Below, one piece after another: positions 63,772 through 64,000 of a DNA stretch of 64,000 bases. This stretch comes from Eledone cirrhosa (taxonomy: Eukaryota). Positions within the stretch are counted from its first letter, which is position 1. Every line of letters starts with the position of its first letter. A program made the position numbers and the translations under genes. Below the pieces are notes generated by a model. The model saw only the letters and a list, made by a program, of their open reading frames with translations, was not told the origin of the DNA and searched no databases. The stretch spans positions 179,180,001 to 179,244,000 of the forward strand of contig OZ024740.1 of NCBI GenBank assembly GCA_964016885.1, given 5' to 3'.

Positions 63772-64000
63772 ATGACCTCACTCAGAATAGGCAGCATAAA
63801 TGCGCGTGGCTTGGGGTCGTCATGGAAGCAGGGTCACCTGCTCAACGACCTCAGGTCACTAAACATAGATGTAGTGGCCATCAGCGAGACCAGAATCTCC
63901 GAAGCACGGGCCTTCGCACCGATCTTCGGCGGCTACGATGTGTACGCATCTCCCAGCCGTCCTGGATCGGGTGGAGGAGTTGCTGTGCTTTTTCGGAGAG
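63772..64000 (+). CDS. LINE ORF2 N-terminus, APE-type endonuclease (partial)
   Basis: MTSLRIGSINARGL...DVVAISETR...GGGVAVLFR. Confidence 0.9.
   Translation, partial: MTSLRIGSINARGLGSSWKQGHLLNDLRSLNIDVVAISETRISEARAFAPIFGGYDVYASPSRPGSGGGVAVLFRR

Larger units (their letters stand above)
61422..64000 (+). mobile_element. Young Tx1-like (L1-clade) LINE, 5' part, continuing beyond the window
   Basis: ORF1 plus start of ORF2 with no in-frame stops apart from two homopolymer frameshifts; begins after (TTA)n. Confidence 0.9.

Overview
AT-rich eukaryotic DNA packed with (TA)n, (CA)n, (AG)n and (ATGT)n microsatellites. It is most likely cephalopod (Octopus-like); this is inferred from the abundant tRNA-derived SINE with a Meta-type core, not from a database search. 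No intact host gene is visible, and most ORFs in the supplied track are microsatellite translations. The window is a retroelement graveyard. It holds at least six Penelope-like elements (PLEs; RT plus GIY-YIG, three resembling the Naiad clade), R4/Dong-, RTE-, CRE- and Tx1-type LINE pieces, a young Tx1-like LINE running off the right edge, and about a dozen SINE copies. It also holds decayed remnants of probable cell-surface receptor genes: C-type-lectin/mucin-like, Ig-like and a GPCR. The strongest unexplained signal is RNA structure. About 15 type I hammerhead ribozyme motifs occur on both strands, including minimal palindromic-loop forms, two U3-A8 compensatory variants and forms with very long stem II inserts. 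Most sit in PLE termini beside (TA)n, often in inverted or tandem duplications. A pseudoknotted leader in a non-autonomous RTE derivative is a further ribozyme candidate. All pairings were made by eye and coordinates of degenerate elements are approximate.
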